Positions 23,200-37,164 of a stretch of DNA of 64,000 nt are shown here, piece after piece; the stretch's first letter is position 1, and each line of letters begins with the position of its first letter. The stretch is from Podarcis erhardii (taxonomy: Eukaryota): assembly GCA_964252035.1 (NCBI GenBank), contig OZ176201.1, one strand, 5' to 3'. A program made the position numbers and the translations under genes. The notes beneath the pieces were generated by a model. The model had not been told where the DNA came from. It did no database searches and saw only the letters and a program-made list of their open reading frames with translations.

Positions 23200-24600
23200 T
23201 CACAGGGCTGTGGCAAAAAATCGCAAGGCGATGTATGTGGAGCGTTTGAAGGCGCTCTCAAAAAGGGGCTGGGGCGACTTAAGAGTTTGGAGTTTCTTAG
23301 CTGGGCTGCGAGTTTCCGCTGGCGGCTCGCGCTGTCACCCTCTAAGCAGCCTGCGCAAGAGAAGAGCCGGCGCTGGGGAGCAGGAAGTGCTCCCTGTAGA
23401 AGGGCCCTGGACGTGCCCAAGCCTGCCGCTTAAAACCTGGCCTTTGCACGCTCTCTCTCGCTCTCTCTGGTTGGCAACCAGGATTAATTCACTCGGGCCC
23501 GGGCGACGGGAAAGGGGTGTTAAACCCCGGAACTTGGCGCCAAGGCCAGCCCTGAAGGCGAGAAGACAGGCGGGACCCCGCTGCAAAGGTGCATTGGCGC
23601 GCTCGGCTCTCCCTCCCCTCCCTCCGCAGTAACCCTAACCAGCTCCCTCCCTCCCTCCCTCCCTCTCAGGAAGTCCTGAACCAGAGGCGTCTTCTGCCTC
23701 TTTCCGAAAGCTCCCCCCCCCCCCGCCAGCTCGGCCACGTGCGCCCGAGCCCCCTCCTTCCACTCGCTCGGCTTGGGACGGAGGCAAGGCTGCCCCCCCC
23801 CCCCGTGGGATTGGCCCCGCCTGAGGCCGGCGGGCGGGCTGGAGGCAGGACTGTCCCCGCGCCCAGCCTTCCTCCGCCGCCGCCGCGAGTGCAGCAGAGC
23901 CCGGCAGCAGGAGGAGGAGGGCTGGAGGCAGGCAGTGGCTTCTGCGGCGACCGGAGAGGTGGGTGAGCGGGGCAGGGCGGGACCCGGGGAGGCTGCCCGA
24001 GAAGGTCCCCTTTGGGCGGCCCGGGCGCGGCAGCGGCAGCGCCTGGCACCGCCGGCCCTTGCGCCTGCAGGGAGGAGGGAGAGAGGTTCCTGCGGAACTA
24101 CTTGTTTACTTAGCAGCCGGGGCGGGAAGGCGCGTCCTGAGGGGGCTGGGGAGGGGCGAGCTGGCTCGGCGCCCCTCGGACGCCCCCGCTCCTGACCGCT
24201 AGCCTCACAAACGCGCCTTGTTCTTCTCCACGTTCAGCTCCGCTGTAGGACGACCCCCCTCTTCGGAATCGCCTGCGGCTTCCCAGTCCCGCTGCCTGCG
24301 TTGTGTGGCCGGCCTTTTCCCCTGTCAGGTGCAGCCTTGCTTCCACAAACGCATTCTCTTCCCCCCTGCCCTCAAATGCTTCATTTAAAAAAGAAACGAG
24401 AAACGAAAGCCGCAGCATTTTCCAGCACTGTCAATGCCCCAAACTTCCCCTGGCCAAATCTGCCTCTGCTCGTTTTCTAAAAGTTTCCCTCTCGATGCCC
24501 GCTGCCTTAAGAACTTGCTGTCCCCCAGCGCCCTGTGCCTGTTTAACACGAATCTAGCTGTGCAAAGCAAGTCCACCGAAGTTACAACCTCTCGCCAACT
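23200..24600 (+). promoter_or_regulatory. ACY1: CpG-island promoter and non-coding exon 1 of ACY1
   Basis: CpG-dense; E-box CACGTG near 23736; donor candidates GAG|GTGGGT (23958/23959) and GG|GTGAGC (23962/23963). Confidence 0.7.
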
Positions 24601-25253
24601 TTTTGGCTCGCCTACTGTAACACCCGCCTATGCCTGCCTATTTGAAGCGCCTGGTTGCACTGACTGTGGTAGATAAGCGACTCTACAAGCCTTCCTTCTT
24701 GCCACACAGGTATTGCCACACAGCAGTGTATTGTGGACTCAGTGCTGCTGATACATTCAGGTTTTTTGGGTGTGTTTTTAAAAAATGAATAGCATCAATG
24801 CTGTCCACATGAAACTGCCATCCCACGTTATTTTCCTGACTAATCAACTATGATGTGTGGATGTTATGAAATATTTCCATGCTTGAGCAGCACCTTCTTC
24901 ACAATAAATTCTGCTGGGCAGAAGTGTCTGCAGTCTTTCTTCTCATACCTTTTCTTTTAAAACAAAACAAAACAAACGCCCCAAAGAAACCCTACTTCCC
25001 ATACTTGCTCTTCTCCACTTAATGCTCTCTCTCCCAATTCTAGGCTCACCAGTTTCCTTAACACCTAATTACCAGAAATTTGTCCCGTGCTATTAATTTT
25101 ACCCACCTCCCTTCTATTCTAGTCACTGCCATGATGTCTAAAAAACCCCAATATTGAGTCTTCAATATCCTACAGCATTATTGTCTTATTAAAGTGAGAG
25201 CACAAACTCTGGACCTTTATATCATAGAGTTCCCTCAATACGGGTCTTGAACC

Positions 25254-25400
25254 CAGTGCTTTTTTTTAAAAAAAAAAAGCTTAGTGGTACTATCATTTTC
25301 CTACTTGTATTGAAATACTGCCCCTCAATGGGGCCAAACTTAGATTCACAAAATGTTTCGGGGTATGCATACCCCTGCGTCCCCCCAGAAAAAAGCACTG
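25254..25400. mobile_element. hAT MITE
   Basis: TIRs CAGTGCTTTTTT / AAAAAAGCACTG; perfect 8-bp TSD CTTGAACC. Confidence 0.88.
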
Positions 25401-26268
25401 CTTGAACCTATCTGTTAGGAGCAGCTACACATTGATAATGCAAGTTGTACCTATTTACAGCTGTCTGACTGGCAGTAATTCAATGGATGCAGCTTTCTTC
25501 ACACCTGTAGGGCATGGCTATCTATACCTGTGGAGTTTCTGTGGTGAATGCGGGACACAGTCAGCAGGGGGTGTGTGGAGGTGGCAACACTACTCCCAAT
25601 TTGTAGGTCAGTTTCGCAGCCTTCTGTGTTTCCAGCACCTTTTGCTAAGCTGCCTTTTTGAATGCTTCCATGTAGGTGTTAAGAGAACACATCACCCGTT
25701 ACTCTTGCCATTACTGTACAGTCAGTTCTCGTTTCCAGCAAAAGTTGCCTTGTGCTCTAGCCCAAGAGCTCTATACTAGACACATTACCCAGAAGAAGCT
25801 GTTGTAGAAAGTGCACATGGACATGCTCATTTTCAGATTAAACCTTGTGACCTTCATAGTAGTAGGTGTAATTGAGTTGAAAGAAAGCCTTGACTGGGAT
25901 TTTTCCCCCCACTTGGGTGCAATGATGATTTCCCTCAAGTGCTGAGCTCAGCTTTCATAGCTTTGGATGTGTGTTTTTTGAACCATTACAATTTTGGGAG
26001 CGAATCCATTTCGGGGAAGTTTTTAAATCACCAGTCAATTATTGGTGCCATCTGGCAATTTCCTCCTGTTGCTGCAGCCTCGGGAAAGCGAGAGAAGGCA
26101 CAGCAGGAATTAAATGTGGTTATACAAGTTAGTACCTGTAGCAGCGCAATTCCACTCTGAACAGTAAATAAGGGAGAATGATATTCTTGCTCTTGCTCTC
26201 TGCATTTCCTATGTATTCACTTCTTAATTTCACAGAGGAATCTAATATCCTGTGTCCAGAAGGCTAAC

Positions 26269-26386
26269 ATGCTGCCAGAGAAAGACCCTAAAAGGCAAGG
26301 GGAGAAGGACCCCCAAGAAGATCCATCAGTCACCCTCTTCCGGGAATATCTGAGAATCAAGACTGTCCAGCCAGATCCTGATTATG
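26269..26386 (+). CDS. ACY1: ACY1 first coding exon (acceptor at 26235/26236)
   Basis: MLPEKD...[21 protein letters not shown]; donor G|GTATGG. Confidence 0.93.
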
Positions 26387-28105
26387 GTATGGAGGGTGTT
26401 TTCTTTTTCCTCCTTCATTTTAAAAAGGCGAAGTTCTGCTGCTGTCTACTTGACTGGTGTCACTGCTGGAGCTTTGCAGAAACATTACATAATCAGCAAC
26501 CAATGGGAGTCCATTCGGAGGCTGGTTACTTTAGCAGCTGGAGGTAATGTTCCTGCATCATTTGCCAGAGTGAACAAAACAAATTGATTTCTAGAGTTCA
26601 TTTGAAATGGTTTTATCTCACCTGTTCTGGCTAAGATGCACTGAATGCATTTGCAACCTACAGCATAATTTAAAGAGGAAAAACCATCTAGTTGGAATTA
26701 TGCATCCCTGGATATATTTACATAGACCTCTGATTATCTGTGCTGTGATCATTTGGTCCATATGAATTATTCTGAGTACAGCTTGTAAGTATCTATCTAG
26801 AACCACCACCCCATGTTTCATATGTATTATTTTCAATATTTAGCCTTTATAATCACATAGATAAGCCTGACTTCCATTTCCCCTCAGCACTTAAACTGTG
26901 CTATAAAGAGTGAGGGGAAATATCTTTCCTCTCACTTTATAACATGCATTTCATTGCTTTCTTTTTTAAAACAACATCCCATCAGAGTTTGTCAGGACCT
27001 GATTGGTCTGCTTCTATGCCACTGTTTGTCTGGGAAGCTCAGAACAACATATTAGCTCACAAACACACCTGTGAGCAGAGATGTTTTTGGGACAATTTTT
27101 ATTAAATTGTTAATTAAAATATCCAGATAAGATATGTAAAATTGACAAGAAAATTAACCGTTATAATACAATCTAGTACATTTGCCATCTTTTCAATGCA
27201 TCATTGCATTTTCTACTTCAGAGTCAGAACATTTCTCTAGCCTCCTTTTCCAACTCAATCAAATCATAACATAAAAATACTTTCAGGGTATCTTGCAACA
27301 ATGGTAACGTGTCCCATGACATTCCCCCGTGGTTTGGTTTGCTGCCCATAGAAGACTAGAATGTAAAGAAAGTGGTTATGCTAGAACCCTTTCCGCTGAC
27401 AAAAAGTTTTATATGTGCGAGCAACATTTTTATATGCTGAAATGTTCAGCCATGTTAGCCTGCCACCATCTTCAGTCTGAGTGATTCAGACCAGACACAA
27501 ACTTACTATTTCTGTAAAAGTTCCTGAGGACTAGATGCACAAAAGTCCTTACTACGCTGAAGAACCAACATAACTTGATTGGAGACATTCTCAACATTAG
27601 GAAAATAGGGAAGCCACAACTGATATGGAGTAGGCAGATGAAAACACAATTCAACACAGTTAAATAAGGCGACAGACAGCCCTGTACTCACTTCTGTGAG
27701 AGTTAGTCCCACTGAGCCCAATGGGGCCTGTTTCACAGTGGAAGGATTCACATAGGATTGAACTATTAACCGCTTAACAGGTTTATGCATGAGTCTCTCT
27801 TTGTTGGATTATAGCCTTCTGCCAAAATCCAGAGAACAATTTTAGAAGAACACAAGGTCTTGAATGCGCCCAGTCGGACTTCTGCCCTTTCCCACTTTGA
27901 ACAGCAAATCACCATACTGTAGCACAAACAACTTTTGACACTTTCTTGAGTTTCGGAAATACTTGGCTGGAACTTTTGAAAGCTACTACTGGAGAAATGC
28001 ACACCAAAAACCCCAGTGGTCCTCAGTAGGCAGAGGAGCAGAAGAAACTTGCTAGACCAGAATGGAATGTTTCATAAAATGCAAGTCACATGGAAGCTTC
28101 AGTTT

Positions 28106-28152
<47 letters not shown>

Positions 28153-31100
28153 TTTAAAATTTCTGTTCCTTGCATGATTCAGTCTATTCCTCAAAAGATT
28201 CAAGTCACATTTCCAACCCATGTACGTTGTTTCAGCAGACTTAACCTTCCTACCTTCACCTTCCTAACCATGATTCCTTCCCAGTGCGGATGAACACAGT
28301 ATAGGCCAGGGATGAGGAACCTGTGACCCTCCCAGAGATTTTTTTGACACCAGCTCACATCAGCCCCAGCCAGCAAGGGATTGTGGGAGTTGTAATATCT
28401 GGATGACCCTAGTTTCCCCACTACTGATATAGAGTGCAGGTTGTGCCTCAGAGGACATCAGATAGGGATGTGATATCCCTTTCTCTTCCTCCGCCCCCAT
28501 TCATGACTGGTGGACAAATCCCTACATACGGCTTTTTGAGTCGCCATTTGAAAGAAATAATGTGTTCCATAGACTGTCAGATCAGAAAGTAATTTGGAGG
28601 GGTTTAATGGTGATATTTTGCACCCAAAGCTACTCAGAAGTGTGAAACAGCAGATGTTAATAGCTTATCTAAGAAACACTTTGCTGCTTTTCGAACTTTG
28701 GTGCTGAGTGAAGTCCACATTCCAGAGCTTGCTTCAGACAAGTATTGCCCCTCTGTTATCCTGAAGTATTAATGAGTCACAAAGTGAGGGGATTTAAGCC
28801 TTGTTTTCATGGCAACAGGAGTAAATCTGTATGCACTGAGCACTCAAGTGAGTTAAGCTGGAAGAGAATTTTTTGTCTGTCGTATACATTGGCTCTCATC
28901 CACTTCGTTCAGGCAGACATTGAGTTGCAGTCATGTGAACGCTTGTCCTCAGTATACTCAGCCTAAAGTTGGCAAAGTTAGCCTTTCTAAGTCACCTTGT
29001 AACTCGGGCTCCTGTTCCCATATCACATAGTTTGAAGTAAGGCCACTGAAGCCAGCAGGACTACAGTGGTACCTCTGGTTACAAACTTAATTTGTTCCGG
29101 AGGCCCGTTCTTAACCTGAAACCGTTCTTAACCTGAGGTACCACTTTAGCTAATGGGGTCTGCCGTGCTGCCACTGCACGATTTCTGTTCTCATCCTGAG
29201 GTAAAGTTCTTAACCTGAGGTACTGCTTCCGGGTTAGCGGAGTCTGTAACCCGAAGTGTTTGTAACCCAAGGTGTTTGTAACCCGAGGTACCACTGTACC
29301 CTGGAATGAGTGGCTTAAAGGCTGCAGTCCTAGCCTGCCTGGTGCATCTGAATTGCATTACATTGGCCTTTTTGAGCTAGGGTCAAAATTCACATGAGAA
29401 GTGAGATTGTGTATTTTAATTGAAAATACATTGTATGGGTGGCACCCTTGCATGTCCACCTACTGCATGGCGGCCATTGGAAAGTTGTTGAAAAGCCTCT
29501 GTGTGGTAGCCCCCTTGCCACCCAAGAGCTGGCCTTATGTACCTGCCACATGCTTGCAGCGTGTGCTGGATATACCAGAGGGAGAAATGGCTCTTGTGTA
29601 ATGCACACTGAAAATCAAATCCCAGGCATGGCAGAGGGTACACATGACAGGATTGCTATGGGCAACCTCATTCAGTCTTTTGTTCACACTGTCACCAACT
29701 GTGTGTCTGGCTGGTTCTGTGAACAGTCTAAAGAAAACTGGCCAAGTCATTTTGGGGGGAAATAAAACCAAAAAACCAATTTTATTATTGCAAACCTGCA
29801 CTGGATTACTATTTGCATTTTACTTATGTCAACTTGCTTCAGTTCAAGCAAAGCAATGGCTTACTGCTCCACTGCTTTGCCAGAAAGAACACTTACAAGA
29901 ACTTTTGTAACTAAGAATTATTGCCTTAACATGCAATCCCCCCTCCCATCTCCTGCATGCGGTGATGGCGGGGGCGGAGGGGATTGTTTAGATCATTTTT
30001 CAAAACAGCTCCTATGGCCTTTAGCCTGGCCTGGGATCCATTTGATCAGGCATAGGCAAACTCCGGCCCTCCAGATGTTTGGGACTACAATTCCCATCAT
30101 CCCTGACCACTGGTCCTGTTAGCTAGGGATGATGGGAATTGTAGTCCCAAATATCTGGAGGGCCGGAGTTTGCCTATGCCTGCACTAGATCCTGAGCTAC
30201 CCACCCACCCACTGCCATCACTTGGTGGCATTAGACGTCTGCTGCCGTCTGGCTGGGGTTAGGATTGCTCTCGCAAGTTTGCCTTTTTCCTCCTCCTTAG
30301 CAATTCATTTTCCTTCCGTTTTGTGTATTTTAAATTACAAACCTGAGGGTAGGGTCCATCTTATTACAGGCTGTTGTAAGCTGGTCTAGGAGCCTTTTTC
30401 AGCCGAAGAATAGACTGGAAAATACTTTAGGTAAAATGTCACAATCCTATTTAGCTGTATAGGATATGCAGCCTGGGATGCATCCCACTTGTGAACGTTA
30501 GTGGGAGAAAGAAAAGTGCAAGAGAGCCATAATTAGCTGTTGTGCGTTTTTCACTTACAGAAGCAGGAGAAGCCCATTTAAGTGTTGCTTGTGAAAAAGT
30601 CTCAGTGGAGAAAGTCTTGGCTTGGGTCCATGAAGAGGGCATCACCTCTTCAATGATGAAACCATTAGGTTCTTACTGGACTATCATTGTTGCACACTTT
30701 TGAGCTAGGCAGAAGGAAACTGTATGAATTGTTTCCTGTGTCCAAGGAGAGAAGGGCAATAGGAGGACTGCGCCAGAAAACTCCAGCACAAAGCCTTTGC
30801 AGGGAGAAAGATTTGTTGTTGAATTCCACCCCCCCACCACCACCCTCCCCTGTTTTGCTGGAGGGGCCCTGCAGGGAGAAGAATCCATCAAAGGGGACTT
30901 AATAAGGTCTGTTTCCTGTTTGCTTGGCCAAGTAAACTCCTGAGAGGAACCACAGAATGAAAGCAAAAGATTTTTACCCCCCCCCTCCGTTTGTTTTGCC
31001 CTACTGGGTCAAGGAGGCCCACATAGAAGGTTCTGAAATAGAGAGGGGCTGCCAGAAGGAGAGGGCAGGATTTGCAAAAAAAAACAACACTTAACGCTCT

Positions 31101-34100
31101 CTGGACACAGTCAGTAGTATGCAGTTGACCATGTAGTCCTTGCAGAAATTGATTTAATCTACAAGGAAAATAAGGCAATGCTGCTCCATGCAGGCCTACC
31201 ATCTTTAGAAAGCTTTAACTTCTCATCATGCCTTGGCTGGTCCCTGTCAAACTGGCTAGTCAACTGGGGGGGGGGGGGCAGGGAGAATGGATGGATATAA
31301 AGTGTGCAATGGGAAGCATTGGAAATTAGCAGCACTGACAAGACTTAAGAACCTTTCCAGATTAAATGACAAAATATGTCAAAATAATCCTCAGAGCAAT
31401 ATTCAGGCAGAAGAATAGCGGAAGGGGAGGACAAGACAGGCCTTTTATTTACTTGACACACTGGGCTTCAGAGAGAAAAAATGGAAAGGTGCAAGCTGCT
31501 CTTGTTGCTTCCCCCTTGCCCAACAACTGTGTCTATCTGCAAAAACCAGTGTGGAGTGAGAGATCAGCCTCTGTCCTGAAGCCTCATCTTCTGCCAATTT
31601 CAGGGTTGCATTATTGCCACTGCAATATAAGAGAGCTTTCCATATAAGCAAATGCTGGAATGACACCCAAAAATTCTGCACTTTTTTGGGAAATATTCCT
31701 TGTACATAGAAATATTAGAGGTTCGAACACCCCTTCCCAGTGATGGGAGAGCATTCCAGTGTGTTAAAAAAGGTAAAGGTAAGGGGACACCTGACCATTA
31801 GGTCCAGTCGTGGCTGACTCTGGGGTTGCGGCGCTCATCTCGCTTTACTGGCCGAGGGAGCCGGCGTACAGCTTCCGGGTCATGTGGCCAGCATGACTAA
31901 GCTGCTCCTGGCGAACCAGAGCAGTGCGCGGAAACACTGTTTACCTTCCTGCCTTCCTATTTATCTACTTGGACTTTGACATGCTTTTGAACTGCTAGGT
32001 TGGTAGGAGCAGGGACCGAGCAACAGGAGCTTACCCCGTCACAGGGATTCGAACCGCGACCTTATGATTGGCAAGCCCTAGGCTCTGTGGTTTAACCCAC
32101 ATCAGAAGGCAAAATGGGTTCACAATTTTGGACAAGAAAAAGGAGAATATATGATCCATCTGGCAGAGTGCTGGGTGGACTTCAGAGAAACAGTGTGGCG
32201 CCAGATGATTTTATGCTTTCAGCTGTGTGTCTTTCCGAATACCTCTTTCTACATCTCTTTACCCTGCCTTTTTACATGAGGTGTATGTTTTTAGGACCAT
32301 CCTTATGTCTATAATTATAAGTTTTAATATTGTGCTATGCTGTGTTTTAATGTAACCCACCTTGGGATGAAGAGCAAGTAATAAATAAGAATATAACACA
32401 GTAATGCTTTGCTATCATTCGAAACGTTCAATGGAAAATACTTAAGACAAAGAACTGCTTTAGCTAATATGAAACAGAGGGCTCAAACAAGAGGCCTTTG
32501 CGACATTTTGCAAAGAAACATGCAAAAGCCAGGGTATGCAAACAAGATGTATTCCCAAAAATATTTTAAAAGCTTGTCTGATGCTTCAACTCCATTTGCT
32601 GTCCATCTCTGGGGAAAATTCTACTGCTCATACTGCATTGGGTACAATGGATGTGCAACTTTTTGTAGAGGCTACACTGATAATTTGAGTAAGTTTTATT
32701 GAATTGCTTCATGTTGTATGCTGCCTTGGTAATTTATGGTTTTATGTATTTATTATTGCATTTCTATGTTGCCTTTCCTCCAAGGAGCTTGAGGTGGTGT
32801 GCATGTTTTCTCTTCCTCCCCATTTTATCCTTACAGCAACCCTGTGAGGTAGGCTAGGCTGAGAGTGAGTGATTGGTGCAAGGTCACCCAGTGAGCTTCA
32901 TGGCTAAGTGGGGATTTGAACCCTGGTCTCCCAATCTCCGTCCAACACTCTAACCACTACACTACACAGGCTGTCTCTTAAGGCCAATTCATAAATGCTT
33001 TTAGTAAATTCATAAGTAAAATAAATGTCATTGACTGAAAGGTGGTTAAAGCGATGTATTTCATTGATATGTGGTTTTTACAGCTGCTTCTCCTCTCTCC
33101 TTCCAGACACAGCAGTGAAATTCTTGGAGAGGATAGGCTCTGAACTTGGCCTACAGTGTCAGAAAGTGGAGGTAATTAATGAGAAAGCCATTGCCCCGTC
33201 TCAGTTCTGTCAGGATGTCTGATCACCCATCTCCAATTTACTGTTACGTAGTCTCCCAAAGCTTATGACTTGGTAAAGGAGGTGCCATTAATCTCCTGTC
33301 ATACAGGAAGCTTTGGGCTAAAGTAAATGGTTACTGGCTCTCAAGAACATTGTTCTGTTTGTTCCTTTAAAGTACTTCTAGGCCTCCCTTGACCAAGACA
33401 CATTTCAGAGCTGGGTACAATGAGCACGAATAAAACTATTCATACCAGATGCAAAAACAACAAAACATCAGTATTAATAACGAGCTAGCAAAATGAGAGG
33501 CATAAATAAAACTGTAAAACTATACTGCCTAAAGAATTATAACGCGGAGCTCTAGTTCCACCACCACAGACTCAAATTTGATAATCGCAACGGTACATGT
33601 CTTTTAAATTCCGTCTCATCTGCTTATTCTCTTAACCTCTGCAAGAGGGATATTTCTTAACATTCTTGGATTGTTGTCACTGTCAAACTTCCATCTGTTT
33701 TAAGTACCAGGAATAAGAAGATGGCGTTGGATTCACATGAGCAAAGTGTCCACAAAGCTCCTGTTAGTCATGGGTGAAATGTAGACCACAATTTTAGATT
33801 CCATAGTTGGAATCACTGCATTAAGTTTATAACACCTTATTATTTCCTTGTGGCCACAGAAATGTGCTCTTTAACACTTCTCCAGAGAAGACTTATTATT
33901 GACAGTTTGGGCCTGAGATACAGATAATCAGTCAATCCTAGTGGTGAAATAATGTTGGCATTCCTTATTTGTTAATCGTGTAAATCCTCTCTGCTGCTGG
34001 TGATAATGTTTTACACAAATGATCACCGGTTCTATTACAGTACTGGTGTCCAATACCAGCACCTGGTACGGAGGCTGGAGTGAGAGCTGCAAATTAATGA

Positions 34101-37100
34101 CCTCAAAATAGTGCCTAGCAGAGGTTCCAAAGAGACTGAGGGCCATATTCTCCTAATGAGTCCTGCTAATGCAAGGATTTCCACTTGCACAATGGGACTT
34201 CCCCCCCTCCCTGTGTGTGCCCTGAACCCTCCCCCAAATCTTTTCCAAAGGGTTGGGGGAACCCCTAGAACAGATTTAGGGGGTGTGCAGGGGAAAAAAA
34301 ACATTCTGTTGTACAAAGAGAAATCCAGAGTCTCCCCTCCTATCCAGAGTCAGAGGCACTAATGCTTCTGAATATCAGTTGCTGGAAACCATAGGAAGCT
34401 CTTGTGCTTGGGTCCTCCTTGCAGGTTTCTCACAGGCATCTGGTTGGCCACTGTGAGAGCAGGATGCTAGACTAGATGCTAGACAAGGAGGCCATGGGGA
34501 AGAAGAACTGAAGATCAAGGGAGGACTTGGGATGGAGCCAAATGGGTTTTTTGGTGGGGAAGAGAGAGGAATTCCTGAGACAGAGCTCTTCAGGACCACA
34601 TGTGTTGGCCTGACTTGAAGGGTGGAATAGAAACATAATAAATAAATGGTTTCATAGGCAGTCTTGAACAAGTTTTGATTAATTATGCCCCCTTGATTTG
34701 TGTGGTTCAAGGTAGTGGTGGTGAGGAATGTCTTCAGATTTATTCTCAGGCAATCTTCTGATTAAGCCACGCTGTGGGAAGTATTCTGATAATGCTGGTG
34801 CTCATATTGGCTGTTTTATAATTTGTTGCAGCCCTCGTGCAGCCTATAATCTCTTCATGAGCTGGCTATCCCATTAATCTCTTATTACCATGTTCTCAGG
34901 CTATTCTTGAACAGATCCAGCCTGACCTTTCCTGCATTAGGGCCTGTATTTAGACTGATTATTGTTACAAATTAATGCCATGCCAAAACGAAAACTTTTT
35001 TTTTTTAAAGGAGTGATTTGTGTTCTTTTCTCTATTCCTACGTATAGTTAAAGGCTAATTCTCCCCCAACATTTTAAAATTTAAATGGGTCAGTTTCAAA
35101 TATTGGAGTTTGCCTCTACCTCAGTCTTTATCATAATAGTCAAGGGTACTTTAAAAGGACTAGCAACCATATAAGCCTATATGAATTTCCCAGAGTCCTG
35201 TATCTGTTCCGGACTCCGTCCAGTGATCTCTGGAACTTCTCTGTGTTGGAAAGTACTGCATTTTATTATGCCGTTGGAGGACTGCAGGTATGGACTTGGA
35301 TTCTCAGAAGCAGATTGGGGCTGCCTGATTTTGCCATAAGGAGACACTGTGTTTGCCTGAATTCCGAAGCTCATTTTGATTCAGCCTGTGGCACTGTATC
35401 TCACACCTGTTTCTTTAACTCACAATGAACAGGGTTGTATCCAATGCCGGTCCTACTTAGAGTAGATCCGTTGACATTAATGGACCTGAATGGCTCAGAT
35501 TTATTAATTCCAGTAGGTCTACTCTGAGTAGAACTTGGTTGGAATACAACCCACACTATGCTCAGCCTTGCAAACAAGTCTACAGAAACTACTCACCTAT
35601 AATGCTTCCCTCGCTACCCATTTGCCCCACAAGTGGCAGTTTTAAAACGTTTTTACTGCCTCGTCACCTCGTGCTTATTTTCCCACAAGTGGCTACTGCA
35701 GAAACCTGAATTGAGACAAAGCCACCTTAAGGCTCCAGTGCGCTTGCTGTCCATCAGATTCTCGCTTAATTTAATGGAACAATTTGCAGAGAAGAAAATA
35801 AGACCCTATGGAAACTCAAAAATGACTATAAAGTCCAAGCCACAATAAGGTAGAAGAGTGTGAGCCAGAACAGGGTGCTTCTCTCTCATCATCATCATCC
35901 ATCAGCCCCTCTTGCTGCCTCTCTGGATTGCACAGAAAAACCATTTCCAAGTACTTGGGAACCATCTGTGGAGCTTTTGGTCCATACTGATCTAGTGACA
36001 GGACGAGCAACCGACAACTTGACTTGGTGTTCTGTTGCAGGTCTGCCCTGGCCGTGTGATCACCATCCTGACCTGGAAAGGCACAAACCCTCATCTCCGC
36101 TCCATACTGCTGAATTCCCATACAGACGTCGTGCCGGTGTTTGAGGTTAGAAGGGGATTCAGGTCTCTGCATCTTGCATATGATGTTGCTGTTCAGAAAG
36201 GGTGTTGGTGGTACAAATGTGCCCCCTCCTTCAGAATGTTTTGAAAGACCCAGGGAAGTGTGATAATCCTTGCTTGCTTCTTGTTTTGAATATATAGAGG
36301 ACACAGGTAACGGTGCTCATATTGGTGCGATGCGTTTTCATTTACATCAACACCTGTGCCATCCTGGGGGATTAGTGATACATACCGTAGAGTTAACACT
36401 TCTTAGGATTACAACGGTTGAGGGATGAGATGCAAGATACCTTTGAGTAAGCCCTATAATTTAAACTCAAGGAAACTCTGCCCTCTTCGTTATTCTAGTC
36501 CCCAGCTTTATACCAGCAGAGTGCCACCTACAGGGAGAAATAAAGAGCTGTAGGCATTTAGATGGTTTCTTTAATAGAGTGGTACCTTTGTTCTCAAACT
36601 TAATCTGTTCCAGACGTCTGTTCCAAAACCAAAGCGTTCCAAAACCAAGGCGCGCATTCCCATAGAAAGTAATGCAAAACAGATTAATCCGTTCCAGACT
36701 TTTAAAAACAACCCCTAAAACAGAAATTTAACATGAATTTTAATATCTTACCGAGACCACTGATCCATAAAATGAAAGCAATAAACGAGGTACCATTGTA
36801 TTTTATAGTACAGTACATTAAGTTACAAACGCTTTGGGTTACAAACACTTTGGGTTACAAACTCCGCTAAACCAGAAGTAGTACCTCGGGTTGCGAACTT
36901 TGCCCCAGGATGAGAACAGAAATCGCTCATCTGTGGCACGTCAGTAGCAGGAGGCCCCATTAGTGAACGTGTGCCTCAGGTTAAGAACAGTTTCAGGTTA
37001 AGAACGGACCTCCGGAACAAATTAAGTTCATAACCTGAGGTACCACTGTAAATAAAACAGTATTGTAGATGATAAAAATAAAAATTAATTTTTTCCTTAC

Positions 37101-37126
37101 CTGCTTTTATCCATCTCCGTAGTCAC

Positions 37127-37164
<38 letters not shown>

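Noticed and set aside
23058-24676. Cluster of 80-140 aa ORFs
   Set aside because: CpG-island artefacts at the ACY1 promoter with no recognisable domains
27090-27400. Possible old L1 ORF2 C-terminal remnant on the minus strand
   Set aside because: Too degenerate to support, and far from and antisense to the ORF1-like gene, so not its ORF2
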